The position numbers were made by a program, and so were the translations under genes. A stretch of 36,111 nucleotides of DNA from a virus. Its lineage: Duplodnaviria; Caudoviricetes. Within the stretch, counting starts at the first letter, position 1. Every line of letters begins with the position of its first letter. The notes under the pieces are model-generated. The model had not been told where the DNA came from. It was given only the letters and a program-made list of their open reading frames with translations, and searched no databases. Shown here piece after piece: positions 1-8,886 of this stretch. The DNA is taken from IMG/VR virus record IMGVR_UViG_3300032295_004003, positions 1 to 36,111 of that record; one strand, 5' to 3'.

Positions 1-906
1 GTCTATAATTGTTTCTTCATAGTTTTTAAATTGAGAGTTCCAATTATAAATATGTTTTATTTTACTTGTATCTAAAGTACCTCTATCTTTTCCTGTAGGT
101 CCTGATTTATTTACAGTCTCTATATCGTAATTTAGTATTTCTTTGGCTTGTTTTTTTACTACTTCTTTATCTCTTTGATAGCCGGAGCTTATATTATAAA
201 CCCCACAACACCAGTTATTTACTATTTTTTCAATTATAGAAACTAAATCTTTAATATAAATACAATCAGCTTCTTCTACAGTTACAGGTTTATTTTTATC
301 AGCCTGTCTTTCTATATTCATAGGCATTGGAAACTTTCCATCCCCATAACCATAAACATGCATAGGTCTTAAGATAACATCTTTATTTAAATCTAGTAAT
401 GACTCACTAGCTTTTTTACAAGCTCCATATAAATCTACTGGGTTTTTCTCTCCATCCTCTTTTATAGGTCCGTTCCAGCTTCCGTAAACCATAGAGCTTG
501 AAAAGTGTAATATAGGACAATTATACTTATTTACTAGTTTATTTAGCCCATCTAATATAGATTTTTCTGTAAAATCTTGAAAATATTGAGATAAAATTGC
601 TTCAGATAGACTACCACAGTTTATAATTAAATCAAAATCATTATCTAAATCACAATCGTCAAAGGTCCAGTATTTAACTACTTTGATATCTTTAATCATA
701 GAATCTCTATATTTTTTAGCAGCTAACCTGTGAATAGTTTCTATACCATTTGTTAACTGTAAACCGTCTTTACCTCTATGAATATATTTATATCCAGGAT
801 ATTCATAGCTCCAGTTATCGAGTATAACTATTTCATGTTTTTCTTTTAGTAGGTTTACAATATGTGAACCTATAAAACCTTTTCCACCAGTAACTAATAT
901 TTTCAT
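1..906 (-). CDS. NAD-dependent epimerase/dehydratase (extended SDR), runs off the left edge
   Basis: Not in the ORF track. ATG at 906 reads MKILVTGGKGFIGSHIV (GxxGxxG), with YxxxK in 'DLYGACKK'. The same frame is still open at position 1. Start overlaps the DegT stop. Confidence 0.9.
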   Translation of the reverse strand, partial: MKILVTGGKGFIGSHIVNLLKEKHEIVILDNWSYEYPGYKYIHRGKDGLQLTNGIETIHRLAAKKYRDSMIKDIKVVKYWTFDDCDLDNDFDLIINCGSLSEAILSQYFQDFTEKSILDGLNKLVNKYNCPILHFSSSMVYGSWNGPIKEDGEKNPVDLYGACKKASESLLDLNKDVILRPMHVYGYGDGKFPMPMNIERQADKNKPVTVEEADCIYIKDLVSIIEKIVNNWCCGVYNISSGYQRDKEVVKKQAKEILNYDIETVNKSGPTGKDRGTLDTSKIKHIYNWNSQFKNYEETIID

Positions 907-2012
907 GCTAAGGCCTCTGCTATTCTATTTAACTCTTCTTTTTCTAAATACTGATGACAAGGAATCATTATAGTATTTTTAACCAGTTTTTCAGCTCCAG
1001 GGCATTTTTTACTATTTTCATAGAAACTATAGGTATTTAAAGATTCATTAAAATATTTTTTCGCTAGGCAATTTGCGTTTTTTAATTGATTTAATACCTC
1101 CGAAACCTTGTATTCTGAAACTTCTATCAAGAATTTCTCAGAGATATAATTTTCTCCGGGTATCCTTTTATAGGGTAGATTGTTGTCTAACCATGAAGCA
1201 TTATAGCTGCGAAGCTTTCTATACTCATTTTTTTCAAAAATCTCAATCTCTTTTAAAAGAACTGCGCAAGAGGTATTATCTAAATAAGATTTTGTACCAA
1301 TATTAATTGGTTGTTTGGCTTTAGAAGCTCCGTGGTTAGTTGTGATATATATTCTATCGGCAACATCCTCAAATCTAGTAGCAATTCCTCCACCACTACC
1401 AAGAGTTCCGGGGTTTTTAGTAAAATCAAAGGAATAACAAACTACATCAGAAGATGATCCTGGTATATAGTCTGTAGGTTCGTTCATATAAAATGCTTGA
1501 GCAGCGTCTTCTATTATAGAAGTTGTAGTCCAATTATTATTAACTAGAATATCAGATATTTTTTTACAATTTACAATAGTTCCAAAATTATGCACAACTA
1601 TTATAGCCGTTGCTGGTTCTTTTAGCTCTTTACATAATTTATCTAAAGAATCTAAACAAATAGTACCAGTTTCATCAACATCAACAAACTCTATCTTTCT
1701 ATTCATAAAAGCTACAGCATTTGTAATAGCTCTCCAGCCGTATGCGGGAACTACTACAGTATCTCCGGGATTTGTGAGGCAATGAACTGCTATTTGAAGA
1801 GAATCTGTACAGCAGTTAGTAAACGTCCAATAAGGAAGGCCTGATAGCTCTATACACTTTTCTTGGAGTTTTCTTTGGATAGGAGATAAGCTTTTACCAT
1901 CTTCTGCTTGAAAAGGGTAATCTAGTGCTTCGTTTATTGCTTTTAAATATTCTACTCTATGTCTTGCTAGTCTACGTTTGTGAGGAATAAATGTTATTGG
2001 TCTAGCTTCCAA
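903..2012 (-). CDS. DegT/DnrJ/EryC1/StrS PLP-dependent sugar aminotransferase
   Basis: Motifs VVVPAY, IIEDAAQA and YSFDFTKNPG (PLP lysine). Likely start is TTG at 2012 after GAGGG; the track extends the ORF to 2030. Confidence 0.85.
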   Translation of the reverse strand: MEARPITFIPHKRRLARHRVEYLKAINEALDYPFQAEDGKSLSPIQRKLQEKCIELSGLPYWTFTNCCTDSLQIAVHCLTNPGDTVVVPAYGWRAITNAVAFMNRKIEFVDVDETGTICLDSLDKLCKELKEPATAIIVVHNFGTIVNCKKISDILVNNNWTTTSIIEDAAQAFYMNEPTDYIPGSSSDVVCYSFDFTKNPGTLGSGGGIATRFEDVADRIYITTNHGASKAKQPINIGTKSYLDNTSCAVLLKEIEIFEKNEYRKLRSYNASWLDNNLPYKRIPGENYISEKFLIEVSEYKVSEVLNQLKNANCLAKKYFNESLNTYSFYENSKKCPGAEKLVKNTIMIPCHQYLEKEELNRIAEALA

Positions 2013-2275
2013 TTTAACCCTCTTATCCAAGCATCATAGGTTTCCCAAGATTGCTTTCCAACTACTGTTTGAAATGGTTGATCATATTTGACAGCTGCAA
2101 ACAAAGGTACGTTTTCCCACCCGTATAATGCTACACGAGGGTCATTAAAATCAAAATATTCTACAGCAAGATCATGTTCTTCGTTATCGACTTCCGCTTC
2201 CATACGTGCGCCAGTCTCACGAGTCCATTGTTCAAGTTGCGGAATATATACCGCCCATAGTTTAAACTGTGCCAT
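1994..2275 (-). CDS. small protein, possibly thioredoxin-like fold without CxxC
   Basis: TAATG-coupled to the upstream ORF. 'LYGWENVPLFAAVK' resembles the thioredoxin cis-Pro region. Weak assignment. Confidence 0.5.
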   Translation of the reverse strand: MAQFKLWAVYIPQLEQWTRETGARMEAEVDNEEHDLAVEYFDFNDPRVALYGWENVPLFAAVKYDQPFQTVVGKQSWETYDAWIRGLNWKLDQ

Positions 2276-2526
2276 TAATCTTCCCAAAAGTTTCTTTCTC
2301 GTTTAATATATAAAGGTGAACGGCTTCCATCTTCAAATTCTAAGAATGATTTAGAATTTTCACTAGAATATGGGGTTGCGTGAATATCGCCTCTAAAAAT
2401 AACAATTATAGTATCGTCGCTATCTCCATTCTTAGAAGATAGGTATTCAAACCCTTCTTCTGAATATTCAGCGAGAGTCTCTTGAAAATATTCTTTTAGA
2501 ACTGTTACTTCTATTAAACTTTTCAT
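2275..2526 (-). CDS. hypothetical protein
   Basis: ATG at 2526 (MKSLIEV); its stop overlaps the next start. Confidence 0.6.
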   Translation of the reverse strand: MKSLIEVTVLKEYFQETLAEYSEEGFEYLSSKNGDSDDTIIVIFRGDIHATPYSSENSKSFLEFEDGSRSPLYIKRERNFWED

Positions 2527-2649
2527 AGAATATATGCTAACATACGTACAAAGCACAGTCAATTAAAATATAACAATAAAGAGCTGTTTGCTAATTTTTT
2601 ATTGTCAAGCGCTTAAAAATTTCATATAATAATAAAATGGAGGTTAAAC

Positions 2650-2907
2650 ATGGCAAGACTTATATCTTATAAAGTTTATTATCGTCCTATTAATTCTTGG
2701 TATTGGCGCATTTTAAAAGATGTGATAGAAGATGGATTTATTGAGGGCACAGAAATTAGATACTTTGTTAATAAAAAGAGAGAAAGGATTGAGCTACCTT
2801 GTTCAGCTATCGAACTTAAGTTTTCAGAAGATCGAGTTGAAGCTATTGAAGCACTAAATGCCAGACGAGCAGAATCTATTAAGTCTGGCCTACCTATGTC
2901 TCTATAA
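2650..2907 (+). CDS. hypothetical phage protein
   Basis: GGAGG SD upstream; first gene of the rightward block. Confidence 0.75.
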   Translation: MARLISYKVYYRPINSWYWRILKDVIEDGFIEGTEIRYFVNKKRERIELPCSAIELKFSEDRVEAIEALNARRAESIKSGLPMSL

Positions 2908-2923
2908 AGGAATTGTAATTATA

Positions 2924-3112
2924 ATGGGAATCTATCTAACAGCAAAAGAATATCTAATTGAGCTAAGGCGGCAGGGTAACTTTGTCGCTGAAGAACTGTT
3001 AGAAGAATATGAAGAAATCAAGGCTCAAAGTGGAGAATTTATTGCTGCTAAATATCTAGCAGACATCTATCGTGAATTTCAAGAAAGGTTAAAGGACGTA
3101 TCAAATGGATAA
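2924..3112 (+). CDS. hypothetical protein
   Basis: Likely ATG at 2924 (MGIYLTAKEY), within track ORF 2858-3112. Confidence 0.65.
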   Translation: MGIYLTAKEYLIELRRQGNFVAEELLEEYEEIKAQSGEFIAAKYLADIYREFQERLKDVSNG

Positions 3113-3299
3113 AACTTTTTTAGTAGGAGCATTTGCAGTAGTTGCTGTTATTGTAACCTTTGCAACTTCTCTAACTACATTTAATATTCATGCTATGGAA
3201 ACTCAAAAAGTATTAATGTCTAAGTGTATTGAAGCAAAAAGCATTTGGATTGCTAACACCACATCGTCTTATGGCGGTCATTGTATTAATAAGGACTAA
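3105..3299 (+). CDS. small membrane-anchored hypothetical protein
   Basis: N-terminal hydrophobic helix, C-terminal Cys pair, AAGGA SD. Confidence 0.65.
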   Translation: MDKTFLVGAFAVVAVIVTFATSLTTFNIHAMETQKVLMSKCIEAKSIWIANTTSSYGGHCINKD

Positions 3300-3302
3300 A
3301 TT

Positions 3303-3599
3303 ATGGTTAAGAAGAAGACAAACGATTCTGCCTCTCTAGGCTTTTCTCATTGGGATACAAACGACTATATTCGTGAATGTCCTAATATTGTACGTTGGAA
3401 TGCTCGTCTAGCTATTAAGTGGATGGAGAGCATTACTTCTAGGGTTTGGAGTCCAACCCAAATTCGTTACTACAATCAAGCTGTTCGTGATATTAATGAT
3501 TATCTAGATAAGCTTGAAACATATCGTTTCTATGACAAGCATGAAGTTTGGGACAATGATCGTGTTCAACGTCTCACATTGCTTGAAACCTTTGACTGA
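3303..3599 (+). CDS. hypothetical protein
   Basis: AAGGA SD; tightly packed in the operon. Confidence 0.7.
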   Translation: MVKKKTNDSASLGFSHWDTNDYIRECPNIVRWNARLAIKWMESITSRVWSPTQIRYYNQAVRDINDYLDKLETYRFYDKHEVWDNDRVQRLTLLETFD

Positions 3600-3690
3600 G
3601 GCACACTGCAAAATCAAATGCAGTAATTAAATGAAATTTTAATTTGCACAGATCAAAAAGTTGTGCTATTCTATATTGGTGAATAAATAA

Positions 3691-4053
3691 ATGATGATTC
3701 GTTGGAAGAATAAAAATCCTTATATTAACTTTTTTCGTGAGTGTTCAAGAGTAATCCTCTCAGATGAAACACCTGATGAAAAGATTTATACTATTGAATC
3801 TTTGATCAAGCGTGACTACTCTGGATCTTGGTTGTACTCTTGTCCTACTATTAAGCATATTGGGAACGAAGTTCCACAGCCGGATGACGACGTTTCTAAG
3901 AATCCTTTCTATCAGTTTTTGGAATTCGCTCGAAGTGTGCTTCAAAAACAGGGAGATGCTATGTATAAGGTGAATGAAATTCACAAAGAGTTGGCTTGGG
4001 TCACACCTATCTTAAAGTCTCCATCTGCTCAATCATGGGTATATACTGAATAA
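3691..4053 (+). CDS. hypothetical protein with an internal duplication (KNPY/F...F)
   Basis: Upstream promoter TTGCAC-N17-TATTCT. Halves 'KNPYINFFRECSRVI' and 'KNPFYQFLEFARSVL' are similar. Confidence 0.7.
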   Translation: MMIRWKNKNPYINFFRECSRVILSDETPDEKIYTIESLIKRDYSGSWLYSCPTIKHIGNEVPQPDDDVSKNPFYQFLEFARSVLQKQGDAMYKVNEIHKELAWVTPILKSPSAQSWVYTE

Positions 4054-4061
4054 TTAAGAAG

Positions 4062-4088
4062 TGGGGGCTTTGTGCCCTCATTTTTTTT
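4062..4088 (+). terminator. intrinsic terminator
   Basis: TGGGGGC-TTTGT-GCCCTCA followed by T8. Confidence 0.75.
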
Positions 4089-4100
4089 ATAAGGAAAGCT

Positions 4101-4490
4101 ATGAATAAATTAGAAAAACAAGTTTTAGATATATTTTCAAGAACTCCTATTGATATTCTAGAAGAAGACGAGTATCAGCAGTCTGTAATGGCATCAGAAA
4201 GATGGTACTTAAGCACTCCTAGACCTGATGGTGTATCAAAAGGTTCTACAAAAATAGGTTATTTTAATATATGGGTAGCTGTTAAATTAATCGCAGATGC
4301 TAATAAAAAAGCATTTGACGATGAAAGTAATGTTGACACTCTTGCTACAATATGCGATAATCTAACTAATTATGGAGTTCTAAGAGAACTTCCAAAATAT
4401 AAACGAGAAAAGTTTAAACTTATTACTAACGAGGAACTTGATGTCAAAAGAAAAGCAAGAAAAGATTCAAATCAATCCAGCAATGATTGA
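4101..4490 (+). CDS. hypothetical protein
   Basis: AAGGA SD; 129 aa ORF. Confidence 0.7.
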   Translation: MNKLEKQVLDIFSRTPIDILEEDEYQQSVMASERWYLSTPRPDGVSKGSTKIGYFNIWVAVKLIADANKKAFDDESNVDTLATICDNLTNYGVLRELPKYKREKFKLITNEELDVKRKARKDSNQSSND

Positions 4491-4752
4491 TAAAGAAGAG
4501 TTGATGAATTTGTTCAATAAGATTACAGATAATCTTTTGCAAATGGAATCTTATAGAGAAATGAATAATGATCTTGTAAAGGAGATAAAAGATAGTTTTG
4601 GCTTTAAGCCAAGTGCTATTCGTGCAGCTGCTTCTGCTATGTATAAACGCAAGAGAGAAGAGCTAGAAGAAAAGCAGGAAGAAATTTTCACTATCTTGAA
4701 TTTGGTAGAAAGTGCAAAAAGACGATCCTCTTCCGACACATCTGATCTATGA
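4438..4752 (+). CDS. phage dsDNA-binding protein (T4 DsbA/GapR-like helical protein)
   Basis: Pattern 'DLVKEIKDSFGFKPSAIRAAASAMYK...EELEE' resembles the DsbA-like family. Confidence 0.55.
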   Translation: MMSKEKQEKIQINPAMIDKEELMNLFNKITDNLLQMESYREMNNDLVKEIKDSFGFKPSAIRAAASAMYKRKREELEEKQEEIFTILNLVESAKRRSSSDTSDL

Positions 4753-4897
4753 CAGGTACTCTAACGAGTCCTGGGATCAATATATTGTACGTAAATTAAA
4801 AGAAGAAAGAGAGTACTATGCCGGAAGGTCCAGAGTGCACAATTGTAGCACGTCAATTAAACTCCGTAATTCAAAACAAAACGATAGAGAACATTGA
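4712..4897 (+). CDS. possible small hypothetical protein overlapping both neighbours
   Basis: GTG start; fills the 4752-4818 gap (ESWDQYIVRKLKEE) but overlaps Fpg/Nei by 80 nt. Confidence 0.3.
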   Translation: MQKDDPLPTHLIYDRYSNESWDQYIVRKLKEEREYYAGRSRVHNCSTSIKLRNSKQNDREH

Positions 4898-5681
4898 AAT
4901 TCTATCTGGTAGATATCTTAAGAAAGAACCAGAGGGGTTTACTACCTTTTTAGATTATGCTGTAAATGTAAAAGATCAAACCGTATTAGGTGTTGATAAT
5001 AAAGGTAAGTTTATCTATTGGATTACTACCTCAGGAGTTATATTTAGTACCTTAGGCATGACTGGTACGTATAAAACACAAGATAATAATTATGCTAGAG
5101 TTCGTTGGGATTTTAGCGATGGTACTTCTGTTTACTACTCTGATATGAGAAACTTTGGTACTTTAAAGTTCTTCTCTGGATCTTCTGCTATGCCATCTCT
5201 CAATAAAAAGTTATCTGAGATTGGACCAGATATGCTAAATAATCCTTGTGATGAGCTTACTTGGTTAAAAATTTGTGAAAAAGCAAAAAACCATTCTTTA
5301 GTTAAATTTTTAATGGAGCAAAAATATGTATCAGGTGTGGGAAATATTTACAAATCCGAGGCTTTGTTTTTATCTGCAATTGCGCCTCATAGAAAAGTCA
5401 GTAGTTGCTCTAAAGAAGAGCTTATTAGGTTATATAAATCAGTTAAAACTGTACTTAAAAACTCACTTGAATCTGGTGGCGCTACCATTAGAAACTATTC
5501 TGACTTATATAATAATCAAGGCTCATATGTAGCTTTTCCTTCTAAAGCAGATGAGATGATGAAGGCTCGTATAGGAGTTATGGTATACTCTCAAAAAACA
5601 GATCCTTACGGAAACCCAATTGAAAAAATTCGTTTAGACGATGGACGAACAACTCACTGGTCTCCTGCCATCCAAAAATAA
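4818..5681 (+). CDS. Fpg/Nei DNA glycosylase, zincless-finger type
   Basis: N-terminal MPEGPE, KGK, LGMTG, D-R-FG and H2TH motif 'SGVGNIYKSEAL'. C-terminal 'GRTTHWSPAIQK' has no Cys4 finger. Confidence 0.92.
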   Translation: MPEGPECTIVARQLNSVIQNKTIENIEILSGRYLKKEPEGFTTFLDYAVNVKDQTVLGVDNKGKFIYWITTSGVIFSTLGMTGTYKTQDNNYARVRWDFSDGTSVYYSDMRNFGTLKFFSGSSAMPSLNKKLSEIGPDMLNNPCDELTWLKICEKAKNHSLVKFLMEQKYVSGVGNIYKSEALFLSAIAPHRKVSSCSKEELIRLYKSVKTVLKNSLESGGATIRNYSDLYNNQGSYVAFPSKADEMMKARIGVMVYSQKTDPYGNPIEKIRLDDGRTTHWSPAIQK

Positions 5682-5723
5682 ATAATTTTTGCTTGCTATA
5701 ATGTAAAAAATTATATAACATAT

Positions 5724-5785
5724 ATTATGAACCTGCCTAAAGGAGGTTCATAATAATCTTGCTTAATAAAGGAGAAATTTACATG
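5724..5785 (+). promoter_or_regulatory. ROSE-like RNA thermometer in the hsp20 leader
   Basis: Hairpin ATTATGAACCT/AGGTTCATAAT, then TCTTGCTT-AAT-AAAGGAGA, which places UUGCU opposite the SD. Upstream promoter TTGCTA-N17-TAACAT (5693-5721). Confidence 0.6.
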
Positions 5786-6229
5786 GTAAATTTAAATAAC
5801 GCACATTCATATCTTCCAGGTCTTTTAGATATCAACAGGGTAACACCTTACGCTGTAGGCTTTGATAGACTTTTCGACCAGCTAAAAAGCTACGCTGAAC
5901 ATCAGGTACAATCTAGCGGTTTTCCTCCATACAACATTCGTAAGGAAGGTGAGAAATACTTCATTGATCTAGCCTTAGCAGGTCTAGCAAAAAAAGATTT
6001 AGAAGTTGAAGTAGCTGACGGTGTTTTAACAGTACGTTCTACTTATGACTCAGCTCAAAATGAGAATATCTTACATAAAGGTATTTCTTTTAAGAAGTTT
6101 ACAAGAAAGTTTACACTAGCTGATAATATTATTGTAAACGGCGCTGAGTATAACAATGGTATGCTTACCATTGAACTTGAACTAGTTCTTCCAGAAGAGA
6201 AGAAGCCAAAATTAATTCCTATTAAATAA
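5783..6229 (+). CDS. hsp20: small heat-shock protein Hsp20/IbpA-like
   Basis: 'GFDRLFD', 'FPPYNI', 'HKGIS...F.R.FTLAD', 'NGMLTIEL...PEEKKPKLIPI'. ATG at 5783 follows AAGGAG. Confidence 0.95.
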   Translation: MVNLNNAHSYLPGLLDINRVTPYAVGFDRLFDQLKSYAEHQVQSSGFPPYNIRKEGEKYFIDLALAGLAKKDLEVEVADGVLTVRSTYDSAQNENILHKGISFKKFTRKFTLADNIIVNGAEYNNGMLTIELELVLPEEKKPKLIPIK

Positions 6230-6239
6230 AAAAGAAAGT

Positions 6240-6264
6240 TAAGGGGGCTGAACAAGCCCCCTTA
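6240..6264. terminator. GC-rich hairpin, probable terminator
   Basis: TAAGGGGGCT-GAACA-AGCCCCCTTA with an A-tract upstream. Confidence 0.65.
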
Positions 6265-6274
6265 GTGTATTTTA

Positions 6275-6943
6275 ATGATTGATTATAATATTACGACAAG
6301 TGTAACAGCTGAGACTCTTACTACAGGTAGAACTTATTTTACCCCTGATGGCGCTTATCCAAGCATAACCACCTTGTTAGGTAAAACTTCCGCTAGCTTA
6401 GTTTGGTTACAGAAATGGAAAGATAAAGTAGGAGAAGAAGAGGCGGCCCGTGTTTCTAAAGAAGCTACTGATAGAGGAACTGCTGTCCATGAATACTTAG
6501 AAAAATACTGGAACGGAGAAGATATTTTATCTGATCTAGCAAAAGAACCATCTAACGTAAGATATCCAGCAAAAGCGTTAATTAATGGAACTTCAAAAAA
6601 TGTTACTGAAGTTTGGGCGCAAGAAATTCCTGTATGGAGCCCTACTCTTAAATTTGCTGGTAGAGTAGATATGATCGGTCTTTGGAATGGAATCCCATCC
6701 ATAATAGATTTTAAAACATCTAAAAAAGTTAAAAAGGGAAAAGATATTAAAGATTACTTTCTTCAAGCATCTGGATACGCTTATGCTCATAATGAATTAT
6801 TTGGTACTAGTATCCAAAAAATAGTAATTATTGTAGCAGTTGATGGAGAAGAAGAACCCCTAATTTTTGAACAAAAAGCGGCTATATTTATACCAGAATT
6901 AAAAAATAGGATATCAACATATTACAAACTCAATGACCGTTAG
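6275..6943 (+). CDS. PD-(D/E)XK exonuclease (Cas4-like phage exonuclease)
   Basis: YPSITT, RGTAVH, 'AGRVD...IIDFKTS', 'YFLQ..GYA'. Confidence 0.88.
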   Translation: MIDYNITTSVTAETLTTGRTYFTPDGAYPSITTLLGKTSASLVWLQKWKDKVGEEEAARVSKEATDRGTAVHEYLEKYWNGEDILSDLAKEPSNVRYPAKALINGTSKNVTEVWAQEIPVWSPTLKFAGRVDMIGLWNGIPSIIDFKTSKKVKKGKDIKDYFLQASGYAYAHNELFGTSIQKIVIIVAVDGEEEPLIFEQKAAIFIPELKNRISTYYKLNDR

Positions 6944-7124
6944 AAAAAAGAAAAAACGATTACCTCATAACTATTTAGAGAAGTATTTAGGTATAGAGTT
7001 ACATAAAGCTGATTATGAATTTATAGTTGGTTGTTTAAAACATCAAAAAAATTATTTTCAATTAAACAATATTCAATGGGATATTATAAAGAAAATAGAG
7101 AAAAAGTATTTAACTAAAATTTAA
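6933..7124 (+). CDS. hypothetical basic protein
   Basis: Overlaps the exonuclease stop; 63 aa. Confidence 0.55.
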   Translation: MTVRKKKKRLPHNYLEKYLGIELHKADYEFIVGCLKHQKNYFQLNNIQWDIIKKIEKKYLTKI

Positions 7125-7136
7125 AAAATTAAAAAT

Positions 7137-7187
7137 TTGACTCCTTTATATGTATATGCTACTATATACATATAAAGGAGTTTTTTT
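7137..7187 (+). promoter_or_regulatory. endolysin promoter embedded in an 18-bp perfect inverted repeat that covers the SD
   Basis: TTGACT(7137)-N17-TACTAT(7160). Arms ACTCCTTTATATGTATAT (7140-7157) and ATATACATATAAAGGAGT (7164-7181), then a T-tract. Confidence 0.75.
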
Positions 7188-8066
7188 ATGTCTGAATTTA
7201 ATTTTGAATTTTCTATTGAGAAGTTAGAAGATATTTTAACTGGTAATAAAAAGGTTGAAGAATTTTATGAGGCTTTATGTAAAGCACTTCCTAAATTTGA
7301 CATAACTACAGAGAATAGAGTAGCTGGCTTTTTGGCTCAGTGCGCTCACGAGTCCAATAACTTTAAAGTTTTACAAGAAAATTTAAATTACTCAGCTGAT
7401 GGTTTACGCAGAATATTTCCTAAATATTTTAAAGACGCTGATCCAAACGATTATGCTCGTCAACCTGAAAAAATAGCTAACCGTGTTTATGCTAGTAGAA
7501 TGGGTAATGGAGATGAAGACTCTGGTGATGGTTGGAAATATAGAGGAAGAGGTGTAATTCAGCTAACTGGTCATGATAATTATTCAAGATTCGCTAAAGA
7601 TATGGACATGTCTATAGAAGAGGTCATTGACTATTTAGAAACTGTAGAAGGTGCTATAATGTCAGCAGCTTGGTATTGGAACTCTAGAAAAATAAACGGA
7701 GCAGCCGATGCTAATGACATCGTTAAGATGACTAAGTTAGTTAATGGTGGGACTATCGGATTAGAAGATAGAAAGAAGCATTACGCTCATATTTTAGAAA
7801 TATTTGATACAGAATATGAAGAATCAGAGGAAGATCAAGATACAGAAGAAGAAGAATCTGATGATGAAGCAATTAATGTAAATCAAATTTTAAAAAGAGG
7901 TTCTAAAGGACCTACAGTTGCAGCATTACAAGAAGCTTTAGGAGTAGATGCTGATGGGTCTTTTGGAGGCGGTACTGAAAAAGCGTTAAAGGCTTGGCAA
8001 GAAGAAAACGGACTAACTGCAGATGGTATAGCTGGCCCAAAAACCTTAACAAAATTATTAGGATAA
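7188..8066 (+). CDS. GH19 (chitinase-like) endolysin with acidic linker and C-terminal peptidoglycan-binding domain
   Basis: 'FLAQCAHES', 'ENLNYS', 'YRGRGVIQLTG', 'VNGGTIGLEDR'. PG_binding_1 motifs 'ADGSFG..T' and 'GLTADGIAGPKT'. Confidence 0.93.
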   Translation: MSEFNFEFSIEKLEDILTGNKKVEEFYEALCKALPKFDITTENRVAGFLAQCAHESNNFKVLQENLNYSADGLRRIFPKYFKDADPNDYARQPEKIANRVYASRMGNGDEDSGDGWKYRGRGVIQLTGHDNYSRFAKDMDMSIEEVIDYLETVEGAIMSAAWYWNSRKINGAADANDIVKMTKLVNGGTIGLEDRKKHYAHILEIFDTEYEESEEDQDTEEEESDDEAINVNQILKRGSKGPTVAALQEALGVDADGSFGGGTEKALKAWQEENGLTADGIAGPKTLTKLLG

Positions 8067-8069
8067 AAA

Positions 8070-8435
8070 ATGACAAAGTATCTTATAATAGGAGTTATAG
8101 TATTACTTGGAATTTTTGGCTGGTATTATAGAGACAGCCAAAAAAGGCTACAGCTTTTAACACAAAATAACGCAAAGTTAGAAGTAGCAAACCAAACTAA
8201 TAAAGAAACTATTGATACTTTACAAAAAGATGCTGAAAGATTTAGTGAATTAAATAACAAATTACAAAAAGATTTACAATCTGCTGAGTCTTATACTGAT
8301 GATTTAAGAAAAAGATTAAATAATCATAATTTAACTAAGTTAAGTAAAGAAAACCCTACAGCTATAGAAAAGAGAATAAACGATGCAACAAAGAAACTAT
8401 TTGAAGACATTGAAAAAGATACTTCCAATAAGTAG
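8070..8435 (+). CDS. i-spanin (Rz-like)
   Basis: N-terminal TM helix plus coiled coil, directly after the endolysin. Confidence 0.75.
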   Translation: MTKYLIIGVIVLLGIFGWYYRDSQKRLQLLTQNNAKLEVANQTNKETIDTLQKDAERFSELNNKLQKDLQSAESYTDDLRKRLNNHNLTKLSKENPTAIEKRINDATKKLFEDIEKDTSNK

Positions 8436-8766
8436 TTTTTTATTATTAACAGCTTGTGCACCACAAGAAAAAATAGTTGTTCAAACTCAAGTAATAAAAA
8501 GTGAAATTCCTGTTCAATCTAGACCTAAATCAGTAAATTTATCAAATATTAAATTCTATGTTGTTACAAAAGATAATCTTAATAACTTTTTAAAGACATT
8601 TGAAAATGAACATACTGATATTGTTTTTTATGCTATGAGCGTTAAAGATTATGAAAAAATGGCTTTAAATATAGCAGAGCTGAGAAGATACATTAATCAA
8701 CAAGATAAAATTATAGTTTATTACGAGACTGCAGTAAAAAAACAAGAAGAAAAACCTAATAGATAG
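8383..8766 (+). CDS. o-spanin (Rz1-like lipoprotein)
   Basis: Lipobox LLLTAC; overlaps the 3' end of the i-spanin. Confidence 0.75.
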   Translation: MQQRNYLKTLKKILPISSFLLLTACAPQEKIVVQTQVIKSEIPVQSRPKSVNLSNIKFYVVTKDNLNNFLKTFENEHTDIVFYAMSVKDYEKMALNIAELRRYINQQDKIIVYYETAVKKQEEKPNR

Positions 8767-8781
8767 TAAGATTAAATCTCA

Positions 8782-8824
8782 ACCACCAGTAAAATATTTA
8801 AAATTTTACTGGTGGTATTTTTTT
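8782..8824 (+). terminator. intrinsic terminator after the lysis genes
   Basis: ACCACCAGTAAAAT / ATTTTACTGGTGGT 14-bp stem plus T-tract. Confidence 0.75.
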
Positions 8825-8886
8825 GTAAAAAATGCTACTATAAATATAGATAGGGGTCATGTCAATATTATGAGAGAGTAAATTTT

